A DNA stretch of 50,929 nt from Caulobacter sp. (GCA_041905125.1 JAYRLX010000001.1:1-50929); one strand, 5' to 3'; counted from the first letter of the stretch, positions 36,075-48,494 are shown. The notes: generated from the letters alone by a model not told the origin. Program-made: numbers and translations.

Positions 36075-38264
36075 ATGAATCGCCGCCAGATGATGACGAG
36101 CGCCGCCGCCGCGCTTACTTCGTCGACCGCAGTCCTTCCTGGAATAGCTTTCGGATCTCCCATGTCGTCATCGCCTGTCCGTCCCGCGCCTCCGGTCGCC
36201 AAGAAGACTCCCAAGACGATCGAGCAGCTGGGCCGCAAGCGGACCGACGACTATGCCTGGATGAAGGACGACAACTGGCAGAAGGTCCTGCGCGACCCCA
36301 GCCTGATCAAGGCCGACGTCAAGGAACACCTGACGGGCGAGAACGCCTACACGAAGGCCATGCTGGGCTCGACCGAGGCTCTTCAACAAAAAATGTTCGA
36401 GGAGATGAAGGGCCGCATCAAGGAGGACGACGCCAGCGTCCCGGCCAAGGACGGCCCCTTCGAGTACTACACCCGCTACGACAAGGGCGCGCAGCACCCG
36501 ATCCACGCGCGCAAGCCTGTCGCTGGCGGCGCGGAGGAGGTGCTGCTGGACGAAGAGACCGAGTCCAAGGGCAAGGCCTTCTACCAGGTCGGCGCCGCCA
36601 CCCACTCGCCCGACCACAAGCTCTACGCCTTCGCGGTCGATGAGCAGGGCTCCGAGGTCTACCGCATCCGCGTGAAGGACCTGACGACCGGCCAGGTGCT
36701 GGAGAGCCCCGTCGAAAGCACCACCGGCGACTTCTGCTTCTCGCCCGACAGCCAGTGGCTGTTCTGGACCTTCCGGGACGACAACGGCCGCCCGGCCAAG
36801 ATCTACCGTCGCCCGGCGCGCGGAACCGCCAAGGACGACGTGCTGATCTACAACGAGCCCGACGAGGGCTTCTTCATCGGCGTCGGCGCGACCAGCTCCG
36901 ACAAGTACATCGTCATCTCGTGCGGCAACCAGGAGACCAGCGAGGCTCTGATCATCCCGGCCGCCGATCCGACCGCCAAGCCGGCCATCTTCCATCCGCG
37001 CGAAGTTGGCGTCCGCTACGAGGTCGAGCACTGGAACGACCACTGGGTGATCCGCACCAACGCCGACGGCGCGGTCGACTGGAAGCTGGTCACCACCCCC
37101 GAGACCGCCACGGGCAAGGCCAACTGGAAGGACTGGATTCCGCACCAGCCTGGCCGCCTGATCTCCGGGACCATGGCCTTCAAGCGCTGGTTCGTGCGGC
37201 TGGAGAAGGTCGACGCCCTCAACCGCGTGACGGTCACGGCGGCGGATGGCGCCGAGCACGTCATCGGCTTCGACGAGGCGGCCTACGCCCTGTCGCTGGA
37301 CGGCGGCTACGAGTACGACACCGACAACGTCCGCTTCGTCTACAACTCGATGACCACGCCCCGGCAGTGGTTCGACTACGACATGGCCAAGCGCACCCGC
37401 ACGCTGCGCAAGACGCAGGAAATCCCCTCCGGCCACGACCCGTCGCAGTACGAGACCCGCCGCCTGAACGCCAAGGCCAGCGACGGGACCGAGGTGCCGA
37501 TCTTCATCCTGATGAAGAAGGGGACCAAGCTGGACGGCTCGGCCCCGCTGCTTCTCTACGGCTACGGCAGCTACGGCATCGCCATGGAGCCCAGCTTCTC
37601 GATCCGCAACTTCAGCCTCGTCGACCGCGGTTGGATCTGGGCCACCGCCTGCCCGCGCGGCGGCTCGGAAAAGGGCTGGGGCTGGTTCCTGGACGGCAAG
37701 AAGTTCAAGAAGAAAAACACCTTCACCGACTTCATCGCCTGCGCCGAGCACCTGCACGCGGCCGGCTACGGCAAGCCGGCCAACACCGTGGCCTATGGCG
37801 GCTCGGCCGGCGGCATGCTGATGGGGGCGATCAGCAACATGCGTCCGGACCTGTTCGCCGGGATCATCGCGGCCGTGCCGTTCGTCGACGTGCTGAACAC
37901 GATGAGCGACACCACCCTGCCCCTTACGCCGCCGGAATGGCCCGAGTGGGGCAATCCGCTGGAGGACAAGGAAGCCTACGACTACATCGCCAGCTACAGC
38001 CCCTACGACAACGTGGCGGCCAAGCCCTATCCGGCGGTGCTGGCGACCGGCGGCCTGTCCGATCCCCGGGTCACCTATTGGGAGCCCGAAAAATGGACAG
38101 CCAAGCTTCGCGAGCACACGACCAGCGGGAAGCCTGTCCTTCTGAAGATCAACATGGACGCGGGACACGGCGGCGCATCCGGACGCTTTGACTTCCTCAA
38201 GGAGATCGCCCTGGACTACGCCTTCGCTGTCTGGGCGGCTGAAAGAGGCTGGGAAAAGGCGTGA
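36075..38264 (+). CDS. ptrB: Oligopeptidase B (S9 family)
   Basis: DDYAWM, LLYGYGSYG, GGSAGG, DPRVTYWEP and AGHGGASGR motifs. Confidence 0.92.
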   Translation: MNRRQMMTSAAAALTSSTAVLPGIAFGSPMSSSPVRPAPPVAKKTPKTIEQLGRKRTDDYAWMKDDNWQKVLRDPSLIKADVKEHLTGENAYTKAMLGSTEALQQKMFEEMKGRIKEDDASVPAKDGPFEYYTRYDKGAQHPIHARKPVAGGAEEVLLDEETESKGKAFYQVGAATHSPDHKLYAFAVDEQGSEVYRIRVKDLTTGQVLESPVESTTGDFCFSPDSQWLFWTFRDDNGRPAKIYRRPARGTAKDDVLIYNEPDEGFFIGVGATSSDKYIVISCGNQETSEALIIPAADPTAKPAIFHPREVGVRYEVEHWNDHWVIRTNADGAVDWKLVTTPETATGKANWKDWIPHQPGRLISGTMAFKRWFVRLEKVDALNRVTVTAADGAEHVIGFDEAAYALSLDGGYEYDTDNVRFVYNSMTTPRQWFDYDMAKRTRTLRKTQEIPSGHDPSQYETRRLNAKASDGTEVPIFILMKKGTKLDGSAPLLLYGYGSYGIAMEPSFSIRNFSLVDRGWIWATACPRGGSEKGWGWFLDGKKFKKKNTFTDFIACAEHLHAAGYGKPANTVAYGGSAGGMLMGAISNMRPDLFAGIIAAVPFVDVLNTMSDTTLPLTPPEWPEWGNPLEDKEAYDYIASYSPYDNVAAKPYPAVLATGGLSDPRVTYWEPEKWTAKLREHTTSGKPVLLKINMDAGHGGASGRFDFLKEIALDYAFAVWAAERGWEKA

Positions 38265-38818
38265 GTTCGACTGCTGTTATCCGTCCGTCGGTCGATGCGG
38301 ATATGCCCGCGATCACCGCGATCTACGGCTGGAATGTTCTGAACGGGTTCGGGACCTTCGAAGAGACGCCACCCGACCAGACGGAGATGACGCGGCGGCG
38401 CGAGAGCTTTCTCGCGCGCGGCCTGCCCTATCTGGTCGCCGAATTGGACGGCAAGGTCGTGGGCTACGCCTATGCCGGCCCGTTCCGGCTGCGGGCGGCC
38501 TATCGCTACACGGTCGAGGACAGCATCTATGTCTCGCCAGACGCCGTGGGCAAGGGGGTCGGACGGGCGCTGCTCCAGGCGTTGATCGAGGCCTGCGAGG
38601 CGCTGGGCCTGCGACAAATGTGCGCAGTCATCGGCGACAGCGGCAATCAGGCCTCGATCGGCCTGCACGCGGCGCTCGGCTTTGAAGAGAGGGGCGTTTT
38701 TCCAGACATGGGCCACAAGTTCGGCCGCTGGCTGGACTTGGTCTGGATGCAGCGTCCCCTAAATGGGGGCGGCGCGACCCCGCCAGACACGCCAGGGATG
38801 TTCCTGAGCGGCGTTTGA
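38261..38818 (+). CDS. GNAT N-acetyltransferase (phosphinothricin acetyltransferase-like)
   Basis: TFEETPP, AYRYTVEDSIY, GKGVGRALL and KFGRWLD motifs. Confidence 0.9.
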   Translation: MSSTAVIRPSVDADMPAITAIYGWNVLNGFGTFEETPPDQTEMTRRRESFLARGLPYLVAELDGKVVGYAYAGPFRLRAAYRYTVEDSIYVSPDAVGKGVGRALLQALIEACEALGLRQMCAVIGDSGNQASIGLHAALGFEERGVFPDMGHKFGRWLDLVWMQRPLNGGGATPPDTPGMFLSGV

Positions 38819-38888
38819 AGTCATTTTCGAAGTAAAGCTTAACCTCCCCCTCGTATATCTTGGTCCTTGACGACAGCGAGGGCTGGAA

Positions 38889-40700
<1,812 letters not shown>

Positions 40701-40724
40701 GCCCGCGCCTCGCGGATGGATAAC

Positions 40725-40751
40725 AAAAAGGGGACGCCATGACGTCCCCTT
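40725..40751 (-). terminator. Rho-independent terminator between convergent genes
   Basis: aaaaaggggacg-ccatga-cgtcccctt. Confidence 0.75.
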
Positions 40752-40803
40752 CTTCATTCCGAACCCGCGCGGCGACCGCTCGTAAGAACCGTCGCCGGTT
40801 ACA

Positions 40804-41238
40804 TCACCCCTTGCGCGAACGCGGGGCCTTGCCCTTGCGGCCGCCTTGGCCCAGGCCCAGGGCCTTGGCCATCTTGGACCGCGCTTCGCTGTAGGCCGGA
40901 GCGGTCGTCGGATAGTCGTTCGGCAGGCCCCATTTCGCCTTGTACTCAGCCACGGTCATGCCGTGGGTCGTGAGGTGGCGCTTCAGAGTCTTGTACGGCT
41001 TGCCGTCCTCGAAGCTGATCAGCGCCTCAGGCGTGATGCTCTTGCGGATCTGGGCCGGCGTCGCCTTGGTCACGGTCTCCACGGTGGGAGCCGGCGGCGC
41101 GCCAATACCAGCCAGGGCGTCGTGCGTCGCGCGGATCAAGGCCGGAAGCTCCGACACCGGCGTCGAATTATTCGCGACATAATTAGCCACGATTTCCGCC
41201 GTAAGCTCGATGAGGGTCGCTTTATCTTCCACGATCAC
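40804..41238 (-). CDS. mucR: MucR/Ros family regulator (probably MucR1)
   Basis: LTAEIVANYVANN, ISFEDGKPYKTLKRHL and YPTTAPAYS motifs. Confidence 0.94.
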   Translation of the reverse strand: MIVEDKATLIELTAEIVANYVANNSTPVSELPALIRATHDALAGIGAPPAPTVETVTKATPAQIRKSITPEALISFEDGKPYKTLKRHLTTHGMTVAEYKAKWGLPNDYPTTAPAYSEARSKMAKALGLGQGGRKGKAPRSRKG

Positions 41239-41832
41239 AACTCCATTCCCCTATATCTCCCGCTAAGCCCGCAATTACACCTTCGCTTGAGAAAAACAAG
41301 TAGTTCAAAGCCAGAAAACTGATTGATGCGTGTTAAAGCTTAGCAATCGTTTGTGATCGAGCGCGCTCAACGAGGAAAATTTCCGTCCACTATAACGCTC
41401 ACCACCTCGTTTTAGGCCCGGCCAGCCTGGCGAAAACAGCGTACGCCGTTGTGGATTTCGCAACCGCGAACAGCTTCCGTGTATGTGAACGACCTTCTCA
41501 CCGCGAATATCGGCGGGAAGCGGCGTTCGAATAGATGAACACGCGGGCGTTGAAACGTATCCCCGCGTCTCGCGCTTACGTCGATTAAGGCATTTCACAT
41601 CTGGATTTGATCGGGACACGATCGACTACCGACCAACGGCCTCGAAGGCGATTCGTGGCGCTCGCGGGCCAATATCCAGCGACGCCCTGCCCGAGCAAGA
41701 AATCCCGTCGCCTCTCCGGCCTGACGCCGCCGCGGCCATCGAAACGCGAAGATCTATCGAGGGGCGCCGGGAATAGATCGCCCCGAGAAGCCGGTCAGCT
41801 TCGAACAACGCGCCTAGTTGTTCAGGAGGAAG

Positions 41833-41906
41833 TGGCTGGGGAACTAGGACTCGAACCTAGAATGACGGTACCAAAAACCGCAGTGTTACCATTACACCAT
41901 TCCCCA
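41833..41906 (-). tRNA. tRNA-Gln (TTG)
   Basis: Reverse complement tggggaa...gcggt-tt-TTG-gt-accgt...ggttcgagtcc...ttccccagcca. Confidence 0.95.
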
Positions 41907-41946
41907 GCAGGAACGGCGAGACCCGTCAGGGCCCGGCGAGGCGGTG

Positions 41947-42057
41947 GAGATAGCTCACGACTCGGATGGATGCAACAGGCCTTTTTCGAACTTTTTTCGG
42001 GCCGCTGCGCGATCGTCGAAAAAGGCGCTTGCGCCCTCCGAAACACCCTCCTATAAG
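41947..42057. promoter_or_regulatory. Back-to-back sigma70 promoters for the two tRNAs
   Basis: Plus strand TTGCGC-N17-TATAAG (42029-42057); minus strand TTGCAT-N17-TATCTC (41975-41947). Each is preceded by tcgaaaaaggc. Confidence 0.7.
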
Positions 42058-42071
42058 GCCGGCCTCCAAGT

Positions 42072-42148
42072 CGGAGTGTGGCTCAGTCTGGTAGAGCACT
42101 GCGTTCGGGACGCAGGGGTCGCAGGTTCAAATCCTGCCACTCCGACCA
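42072..42148 (+). tRNA. tRNA-Pro (CGG)
   Basis: cggagtg...ctgcg-tt-CGG-ga-cgcag...ggttcaaatcc...cactccgacca. Confidence 0.95.
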
Positions 42149-42323
42149 TTTCTTCCCCGCTAACCAGAAGCGGGAAACTTGCCGAAAAAACACAACATTA
42201 GCGGCCAGCGCCCCGGCGCGACCGCCAATCTTGCGTGAAGCCGAACAGCGTTGCGCGCTCTTCATTTGGAACCGTCCGCGACACCGAGTAGCTTGTGCCG
42301 GACACCTCCCAACGGGACTTCCG

Positions 42324-44108
42324 ATGAAGCAGTTCTTCCTGACCGTCGCCGGCGTCTTTGTCGGCCTTCTGTTGTTCGTGGTCGGAGTTCCGTTCCTGCT
42401 TGTGGTGATCGCCGCCGGAGCGGCGCGCCCCGCCCCGCCCCCGGCGCACGCCGTCCTGCAACTGGACCTGCGCGAGGGCCTGACCGACCAGACGCCCCGG
42501 AATCCGTTCGCCGCCCTGGGCGGAAGCGGCGACTCCGTGATGTCGATCATCGAGACGCTGCGACGGGCGGAAAAAGACGACAAGGTCCGCGCTGTCCTGG
42601 TGCGCCTGCCGGAGGGCGGCGTCGCCCCGGCCGCGGCCGACGAGCTTCGCCTGGCGTTCAAGCACTTCCGCGACGTCGGCGGCAAACCGATCTACGCCCA
42701 CAGCCAAGGCCTCTATCCATCGGGCATGGTCACCTCGACCTACATGCTGGGCGCCTCGGCCAGCGAGCTCTGGATGCAGCCCGACAGCAGCTTCCAGGCG
42801 GTTGGCCTCTCCAGCGAGTCGATGTTCTTCAAGCGCTTCTTCGACAAGTACGGCGTCAAGGCCGACTACGAGCAGCGCTACGAGTACAAGAACGCGGTCA
42901 ATCCGTATCTCTATAGCGACTACACGCCGGCTCACCGGGAATCGACATTGTCGTGGATGGGCTCGGTGTATCGCACCGCCCTGGTCAGCGCCGCCGTCGA
43001 TCGCAAGCGCGACCCGGTTCAGCTGACCCGCACGCTCGAGGACGGCCCCTACAGCGCCCAGGAAGCGCAGACCAAGGGCCTGATCGACAAGGTCGGGCAG
43101 GTCAGCGACATCCAGGCCTTCGCCCTCGACAAGGCCGGCAAGGGCGCCAAGCTGATCGACTTCGACGACTACGCCTCGCGCTCCAAGCCGCCCGTCGTGA
43201 AGACCGGTCCGGCCATCGCGGTGATCGGCGCCGAAGGCGCGATCGTCACCGGAACCAGCGGCGGCGGCTCGCCGCTCGGCGGCGAGAGCAACCTCTATTC
43301 CGACGACGTGGCCCACGCCTTCAAGAACGCGACCGACGACAAGGACGTCAAGGCGATCGTCTTCCGCGTCTCGTCGCCCGGCGGCTCGGACACGGCCTCG
43401 GAGCAGATCCTCGCGGCGATGAAGGCCGCTAAGGCGGCCGGCAAGCCGGTCGTGGTCAGCATGGGGACCTATGCGGCCTCTGGCGGCTACTGGATCTCCA
43501 GCCAGGCCGACGCGATCGTCGCCCAGCCGTCGACCCTGACCGGCTCGATCGGCGTCTATGGCGGCAAGTTCGCGATCGGCGACGCCCTGGCGCGCTTTGG
43601 CGTCGACACCAAGCAACTGCACGTCGGCGGCGACTACGCCCAGGCCTTCGGCTCGGGCGACGGCTTCACGCCCGAGCAACGCGCCAAGTTCGCCGGCTGG
43701 ATGGATCGCATCTATGCGGGCTTCATCACCCGCGTGGCCGAGGGCCGCAAGCTGCCCGCCGCCCGCGTGCGCGAGATCGCCAAGGGCCGCGTCTGGACCG
43801 GCGAGCAGGCCAAGCAGCTGGGCCTGGTCGACGAACTGGGCGGCTTCTACCAGGCGGTGGACAAGGCCAAGACCCTGGCCAAGCTGAACGGCGACGTGCG
43901 CCTCAAGCGCATGGACGGCGGTCCGTCCCCCTTCGAGGCGCTGGAGAAGCTGCTGGGCGTCAGCGAGACCTCGGTCCGGACGCTGGCGGCGGCCGCGTGG
44001 GTTCTGGGCGATCCCCGCTCGCAAGCCCTTCTCGACGAAATGGCCAAGGCCCGCCTGCGCGCCGCGCCCGGCGGGGCGTCGGTGCTGGCCGACACGCCGG
44101 TGCGCTAG
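42324..44108 (+). CDS. sppA: Signal peptide peptidase SppA (67K type)
   Basis: EYKNA, RVSSPGG, AASGGYWI, TGSIGV and AKGRVWTG motifs. Confidence 0.94.
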   Translation: MKQFFLTVAGVFVGLLLFVVGVPFLLVVIAAGAARPAPPPAHAVLQLDLREGLTDQTPRNPFAALGGSGDSVMSIIETLRRAEKDDKVRAVLVRLPEGGVAPAAADELRLAFKHFRDVGGKPIYAHSQGLYPSGMVTSTYMLGASASELWMQPDSSFQAVGLSSESMFFKRFFDKYGVKADYEQRYEYKNAVNPYLYSDYTPAHRESTLSWMGSVYRTALVSAAVDRKRDPVQLTRTLEDGPYSAQEAQTKGLIDKVGQVSDIQAFALDKAGKGAKLIDFDDYASRSKPPVVKTGPAIAVIGAEGAIVTGTSGGGSPLGGESNLYSDDVAHAFKNATDDKDVKAIVFRVSSPGGSDTASEQILAAMKAAKAAGKPVVVSMGTYAASGGYWISSQADAIVAQPSTLTGSIGVYGGKFAIGDALARFGVDTKQLHVGGDYAQAFGSGDGFTPEQRAKFAGWMDRIYAGFITRVAEGRKLPAARVREIAKGRVWTGEQAKQLGLVDELGGFYQAVDKAKTLAKLNGDVRLKRMDGGPSPFEALEKLLGVSETSVRTLAAAAWVLGDPRSQALLDEMAKARLRAAPGGASVLADTPVR

Positions 44109-44388
44109 CGGATAGGTGGCGGTCGGGCTTCGCTCCCGGCCGCCGTCGCCGCCTCGCCCGCCCTAGAGAGACGCGCCTCGCCCGGCCTTTGGTCGCCATG
44201 CGTTCGAGGGCGGCTGAAGGCTTCGCCTGACTTCACGACACGACAAAGGCCCCGAGCACCGCTCGAGGGCCTTTCTCTTGATATGGCCGCCCCAGGACGT
44301 CCTCTCGGTGTCGGGGAAACCTCCGCGAGGTCCCAGCGGGCGCGAGAACGACGGCCGCCGCCTGACCGACCACATACCCTAGAAACGA

Positions 44389-44416
44389 CAATGCCGGCGC
44401 TTTCGCGCCGGCATTG
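44389..44416 (-). terminator. Hairpin terminator downstream of TonB receptor gene
   Basis: caatgccggcgc-tttc-gcgccggcattg. Confidence 0.6.
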
Positions 44417-44441
44417 CTCCGATCGAAGAGTGACCTTCAGA

Positions 44442-47400
44442 TCAGAAGGAGTAGCGAACGCCGAGATACAGGCGACGCGGTTGGACCCAGTTCGTGCCTT
44501 GGCCCAGGTTGTACTGACCGTTACCCGCGATCAGCTTCATGACATCCGTCGTCGATTGCTTGTTCAGGATGTTGAAGATGTCGAGGAAGAACTCGGCCTT
44601 GCCGCCGACGCCGGGCACTTCGTGCTCGTACTTCAGGCGGGCGTCCAGGGTGTAGTAGGACGGCGCCTTGGCGCTGCCGATACCACCCGGCAGGTAGTAG
44701 GTGTCCGTCACGCCGCCGTAGGCGTAGGGGGTCTCAGCCATCGGCGCGAAGTAACGCCGCGAGATGCTGACGGCCGGCGTGTAGATCGCGCCGCTGTTCC
44801 AGTTGAACACCGCCGAGGCTTGCAGGCCGAACGGGAAGTCGTACGAGCCATAGGCCTTGAACTGGTGCTTGATATTGCCCGGCGTCGGCCCGTAGGCGTT
44901 CGGCGCGCGCGGATCCAGCGCGACCCAGTCGCCTTGGTAGTCGGCGTTGCTGTCCGAGTTGGTGTTCCCGTGCGCGCTGTTGTGCGTGTACGAGGCCTGA
45001 CCGAACCAGTTGCCGGTCTTGTACTTCGTAATGGTCAGCTCGTAGCCGGTGTAGTTACGCTTGCCGCCCGGCAGGGTGCCGATCACGTAGTTCGAGTTCG
45101 GCGTGCTGGTGTAGCCGAAGTACGACAGCGGGATGTAGAACAGCGAGCCCGGATAAGCGACGCCGTTGGCGCCGTCGGCCGGCGTGGCGTTCGGGTTCGA
45201 GTACAGACCCAGGTCGAAGTCTTCCAGGATGTCGCGGGTGCGGCGGTGGTTGACCGTCGCCGTGACGCCGATGCTGGAACCGATCGTGGTCTGGTAGCTC
45301 AGTTGGTACTCGTCCGTGTACGGCGTCTTCGTCGACGGCGAGAACAGGGCGTCCGGCGTGGTGGCGCCACCGCGGGTGCGGAAGGTCAGCCATTGGCCGC
45401 CGATGTAGATCTGCTCTTCGTCGACCGGGCCCGTAAGAGCGCCGGCGAAGTCCGACATGTTGTTACGAGCGGGGTCATAGTAACGACCCACGAAGCCCGA
45501 GATCTTCGAACGGGCGTCGCCGTTGATGTCGTAGACCACGCTCAGACGCGGGGCGATATCCCAGTCGAAGGTGGCGACCTTCGAGCCGTCCGAAGCGAAG
45601 TGCTCCCACTTCTCGGTGCGCACGCCGGCGCCGACCGTAAAGCGGTCCCAAGTCCAGGTGTCTTGCAGATAGAGCACCTGACCCTTGCTATCGACGCTGT
45701 ACGGCGCATTGGTCGTGCGCAGAGCGCGATACATGTTCACGTTGCCATAGGGGTTACCCGTGGTCGACGTGAAACGGTAGTTGTTGAGCTCCGCCGTCGT
45801 GGCCGTGCCGTCACCGTTGGTGTCGACAGCGGCGCGAGCCGTCGCGTTGGCGTTGATCGCCGCCAGAACACGAGCGTTGTCGGCCGAGGTGACCGAGCGG
45901 GTCGTCCACTTGATGGTGCCGCCGCCGTAGTCAGCCCAGGTCGCGCCGGCATATTGCGCGGCCATCGAGGCGTAGGTCGCGCCGCCCGGGACGGTGCCGT
46001 TCTCGGCGTAGATGTTCTTGGTGTTGATGTAGCCGCCCTTGAAGGTGTGGCTGCCATAGTTGGTGTCGAGATAGTACTCGAAGTTGCCGCCGTATTCCTT
46101 GCGGTCGCGGTGCGTTTCGAGGTTCGAGCCGGTGCCACCCAGCTGACGCTGCGCGATGGTCGAGCCAGAGCCTTGGAAGCCGACCGTGTCGGACACGCTC
46201 TGATCAGCAGCCTTACGGGTCAGCTCACCCTTGTGATTGAAGTAGTAGGCGTTGACCTGCAGGTTGTCCCACGTGTGGGTGTAGTCGATCTTGTAATTGT
46301 CGCCGCCCTGCTTGGTGGCGCGGTCGCGGTTGTTCAGGACCGTCTGGTCCGACGAGCCGCTGAGGTCGGTCGGGTCGTTGAAGAACGTGCCGGTCAGACG
46401 ATCGTTGTCGGTAATCTGCCAGGTCGTCTTGAAGAAGGCGTACTTGGCGTCGTTGGTCACCGTACGACGAACCGCGCCCGTGGTCGGATCAAGCACTTCG
46501 TCCGAGCGGTGCTTCTTCTGATACGAACCGAAGACCCACAGACGATCCTTGATGATCGGGCCGCCCAGGGTGAAGGCGGTGTCGTAGGTCTTGAAGCCGC
46601 CCGACGACTGGTGCTTGTCCTTGGCGACCAGGCTGTCGTTTTGCAGGTAGTAGTTGACCGAGCCGTGCCACTGGTTGCTGCCCGACTTGGTGACGACGCG
46701 CGAAACCAGGCCCGAACCGCCGGCGTATTCAGCCGGCAGACCGCCGACCAGCACTTGCTGTTCCTGGATGATTTCCGAGTTGAAGTTGGCGCCGAAGGTG
46801 CCGGTCGACGGGTCGGTCACGTCCACGCCGTCGAGGAAGTACAGGTTGTCCGAAGACGAGCCGGTCGCGCCGTCGACGTCGGCGTAGTTGACGCCCGAAC
46901 GCGACGAGGGGTTGCCGCCCGACGAGGGCTTCACGCCCGGAACCAGCTGCAGGTAGCTCTGATAGCTACGGCCGGTGGGGAGCGATTCCACGGTCTGCAG
47001 GGTCAGGGTGGTGCCGACGACGGCCGAGGTCACGTCAACGGCCGCGAGCGAACGGCCGGTGATGACGATCTCTTCGACCTTGTTGCCTTGCGAGGCCAGG
47101 GCGTAACCGTACGAACGGTCTTGACCCGACACGACGGCGACGTTGCTGGCGCTGAACTCGTTATAGCCCGGCGAGGCGATGGACACCGTGTAGTTGGTCG
47201 ACGGGTCGAGACCGCTGACGCGGACGCGGCCCTCGGAGTCGGTCGTGCCGGTCTTGGTGACTAGGCTGTCCGGCGAGCGGACCACAACGGTCGCGCCCGA
47301 AACCGGGGCGCCGTTTTCACCGCTGACGGTCACGCGTAGCGCGCCGCTCTGCGATTGCGCCAGAGCCACGCCCGCGACGACGGCGCTCAGGGCCACGCCG

Positions 47401-47483
47401 AGCGCGACTCGGCTGACACCCTTCGACAAGTCGCGGATTCGCTTTTGGCTCGCCGTCATGGCGCTGCCTTGGATGGAATTCAT
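44442..47483 (-). CDS. Oar-like TonB-dependent outer-membrane receptor
   Basis: Signal peptide, VEEIVITG, LPTGRSYQ, TKSGSNQWHGS, LGGPIIKDRLWVF and C-terminal LGVRYSF. Start is 47483 or 47459. Confidence 0.92.
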   Translation of the reverse strand: MNSIQGSAMTASQKRIRDLSKGVSRVALGVALSAVVAGVALAQSQSGALRVTVSGENGAPVSGATVVVRSPDSLVTKTGTTDSEGRVRVSGLDPSTNYTVSIASPGYNEFSASNVAVVSGQDRSYGYALASQGNKVEEIVITGRSLAAVDVTSAVVGTTLTLQTVESLPTGRSYQSYLQLVPGVKPSSGGNPSSRSGVNYADVDGATGSSSDNLYFLDGVDVTDPSTGTFGANFNSEIIQEQQVLVGGLPAEYAGGSGLVSRVVTKSGSNQWHGSVNYYLQNDSLVAKDKHQSSGGFKTYDTAFTLGGPIIKDRLWVFGSYQKKHRSDEVLDPTTGAVRRTVTNDAKYAFFKTTWQITDNDRLTGTFFNDPTDLSGSSDQTVLNNRDRATKQGGDNYKIDYTHTWDNLQVNAYYFNHKGELTRKAADQSVSDTVGFQGSGSTIAQRQLGGTGSNLETHRDRKEYGGNFEYYLDTNYGSHTFKGGYINTKNIYAENGTVPGGATYASMAAQYAGATWADYGGGTIKWTTRSVTSADNARVLAAINANATARAAVDTNGDGTATTAELNNYRFTSTTGNPYGNVNMYRALRTTNAPYSVDSKGQVLYLQDTWTWDRFTVGAGVRTEKWEHFASDGSKVATFDWDIAPRLSVVYDINGDARSKISGFVGRYYDPARNNMSDFAGALTGPVDEEQIYIGGQWLTFRTRGGATTPDALFSPSTKTPYTDEYQLSYQTTIGSSIGVTATVNHRRTRDILEDFDLGLYSNPNATPADGANGVAYPGSLFYIPLSYFGYTSTPNSNYVIGTLPGGKRNYTGYELTITKYKTGNWFGQASYTHNSAHGNTNSDSNADYQGDWVALDPRAPNAYGPTPGNIKHQFKAYGSYDFPFGLQASAVFNWNSGAIYTPAVSISRRYFAPMAETPYAYGGVTDTYYLPGGIGSAKAPSYYTLDARLKYEHEVPGVGGKAEFFLDIFNILNKQSTTDVMKLIAGNGQYNLGQGTNWVQPRRLYLGVRYSF

Positions 47484-48086
47484 GCTGATCAAGTTCCCCT
47501 CTGTGATGGCGCTAGCGGCAAGCTGGACAAGCCCCTCTAGAAACTTTGTCCGGCCCGGAGCGGAAAACCGCATACAGCGCCACCAGATCACTGGTGTCCC
47601 GGAAAGTATTTCCCCGGTTAAGCAGACGTTAGGGGGCCGCCCAACCGGGGGTCAATTGTCATTACAAATTTGCAATCGACATCGCGCAGCCCTGTCGCAA
47701 AAACGCCACAGGAGCGCCCAATTTCGAGAGATCAACGATCGAGCTCCGCCGCGTCTGACTTGGTCGCCGGGCAACACCTTCCAAAGACTATTGATTGGGA
47801 AGAACTATTCGACCTTCGGAACCCAGCGTTCGCGGACGAGCGCACCGAATTTGGAGACAGTGGAAAAGTGCGACACCCGGCTTGACTTGGGCATTATGGC
47901 GCCCGCAGGAGCTCTATGGCTCGCAAAATACTTTTACGAATTCGTCATATGTGAGAGTGATCGCCCCCATCTGGCGCCACCTTGAGGTGCAGCCACTTAT
48001 GCGAACTGACCATTGTCTAGGCGCCTCTTGGCCGCGAAGATGGCCCCGCGACGGACAGCGTCGCGACTAGTCAGTTCGGCGGAGCC

Positions 48087-48494
48087 ATGAGCGATTTTCG
48101 ACGCGTCACCGACTCTCTTTCGGTCAGCCCTCAGGTCACGGAGGCCGATATGGCCCGCGCCGCGGCTGAAGGCTTTGTCCTTGTGATCAACAATCGCCCG
48201 GACGGCGAGGACCCCAGCCAGCCTTCGAGCGCGGCGATCGAGGCGGCCGCCCGGGCGGCGGGCTTGAAGTATCTCTATGTCCCCGTACGCGGCGGCCCGA
48301 CGCCGGATCAGGTGGAGACGGTCCGAGACGCGGTCGAGGCGGCGAACGGTCCGGTACTGGCCTTCTGCCGCTCGGGCACCCGCTCGATCGTCACCTGGTC
48401 GATCGGCCAGGCCCTGGCGGGCGCGGATCGTCAGACTCTGGTCGAGCAGGGCCTGAACGCCGGCTACGACCTCTCTGGCGTGCTGCCGGCCTAG
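48087..48494 (+). CDS. TIGR01244/DUF442 family sulfurtransferase/phosphatase-like protein
   Basis: SVSPQV, INNRPDGE and LAFCRSGTRS motifs. Confidence 0.88.
   Translation: MSDFRRVTDSLSVSPQVTEADMARAAAEGFVLVINNRPDGEDPSQPSSAAIEAAARAAGLKYLYVPVRGGPTPDQVETVRDAVEAANGPVLAFCRSGTRSIVTWSIGQALAGADRQTLVEQGLNAGYDLSGVLPA

Noticed and set aside
47484..48086. Cobalamin or TPP riboswitch upstream of the TonB receptor
   Set aside because: No B12-box or TPP core motifs were seen on the minus strand.
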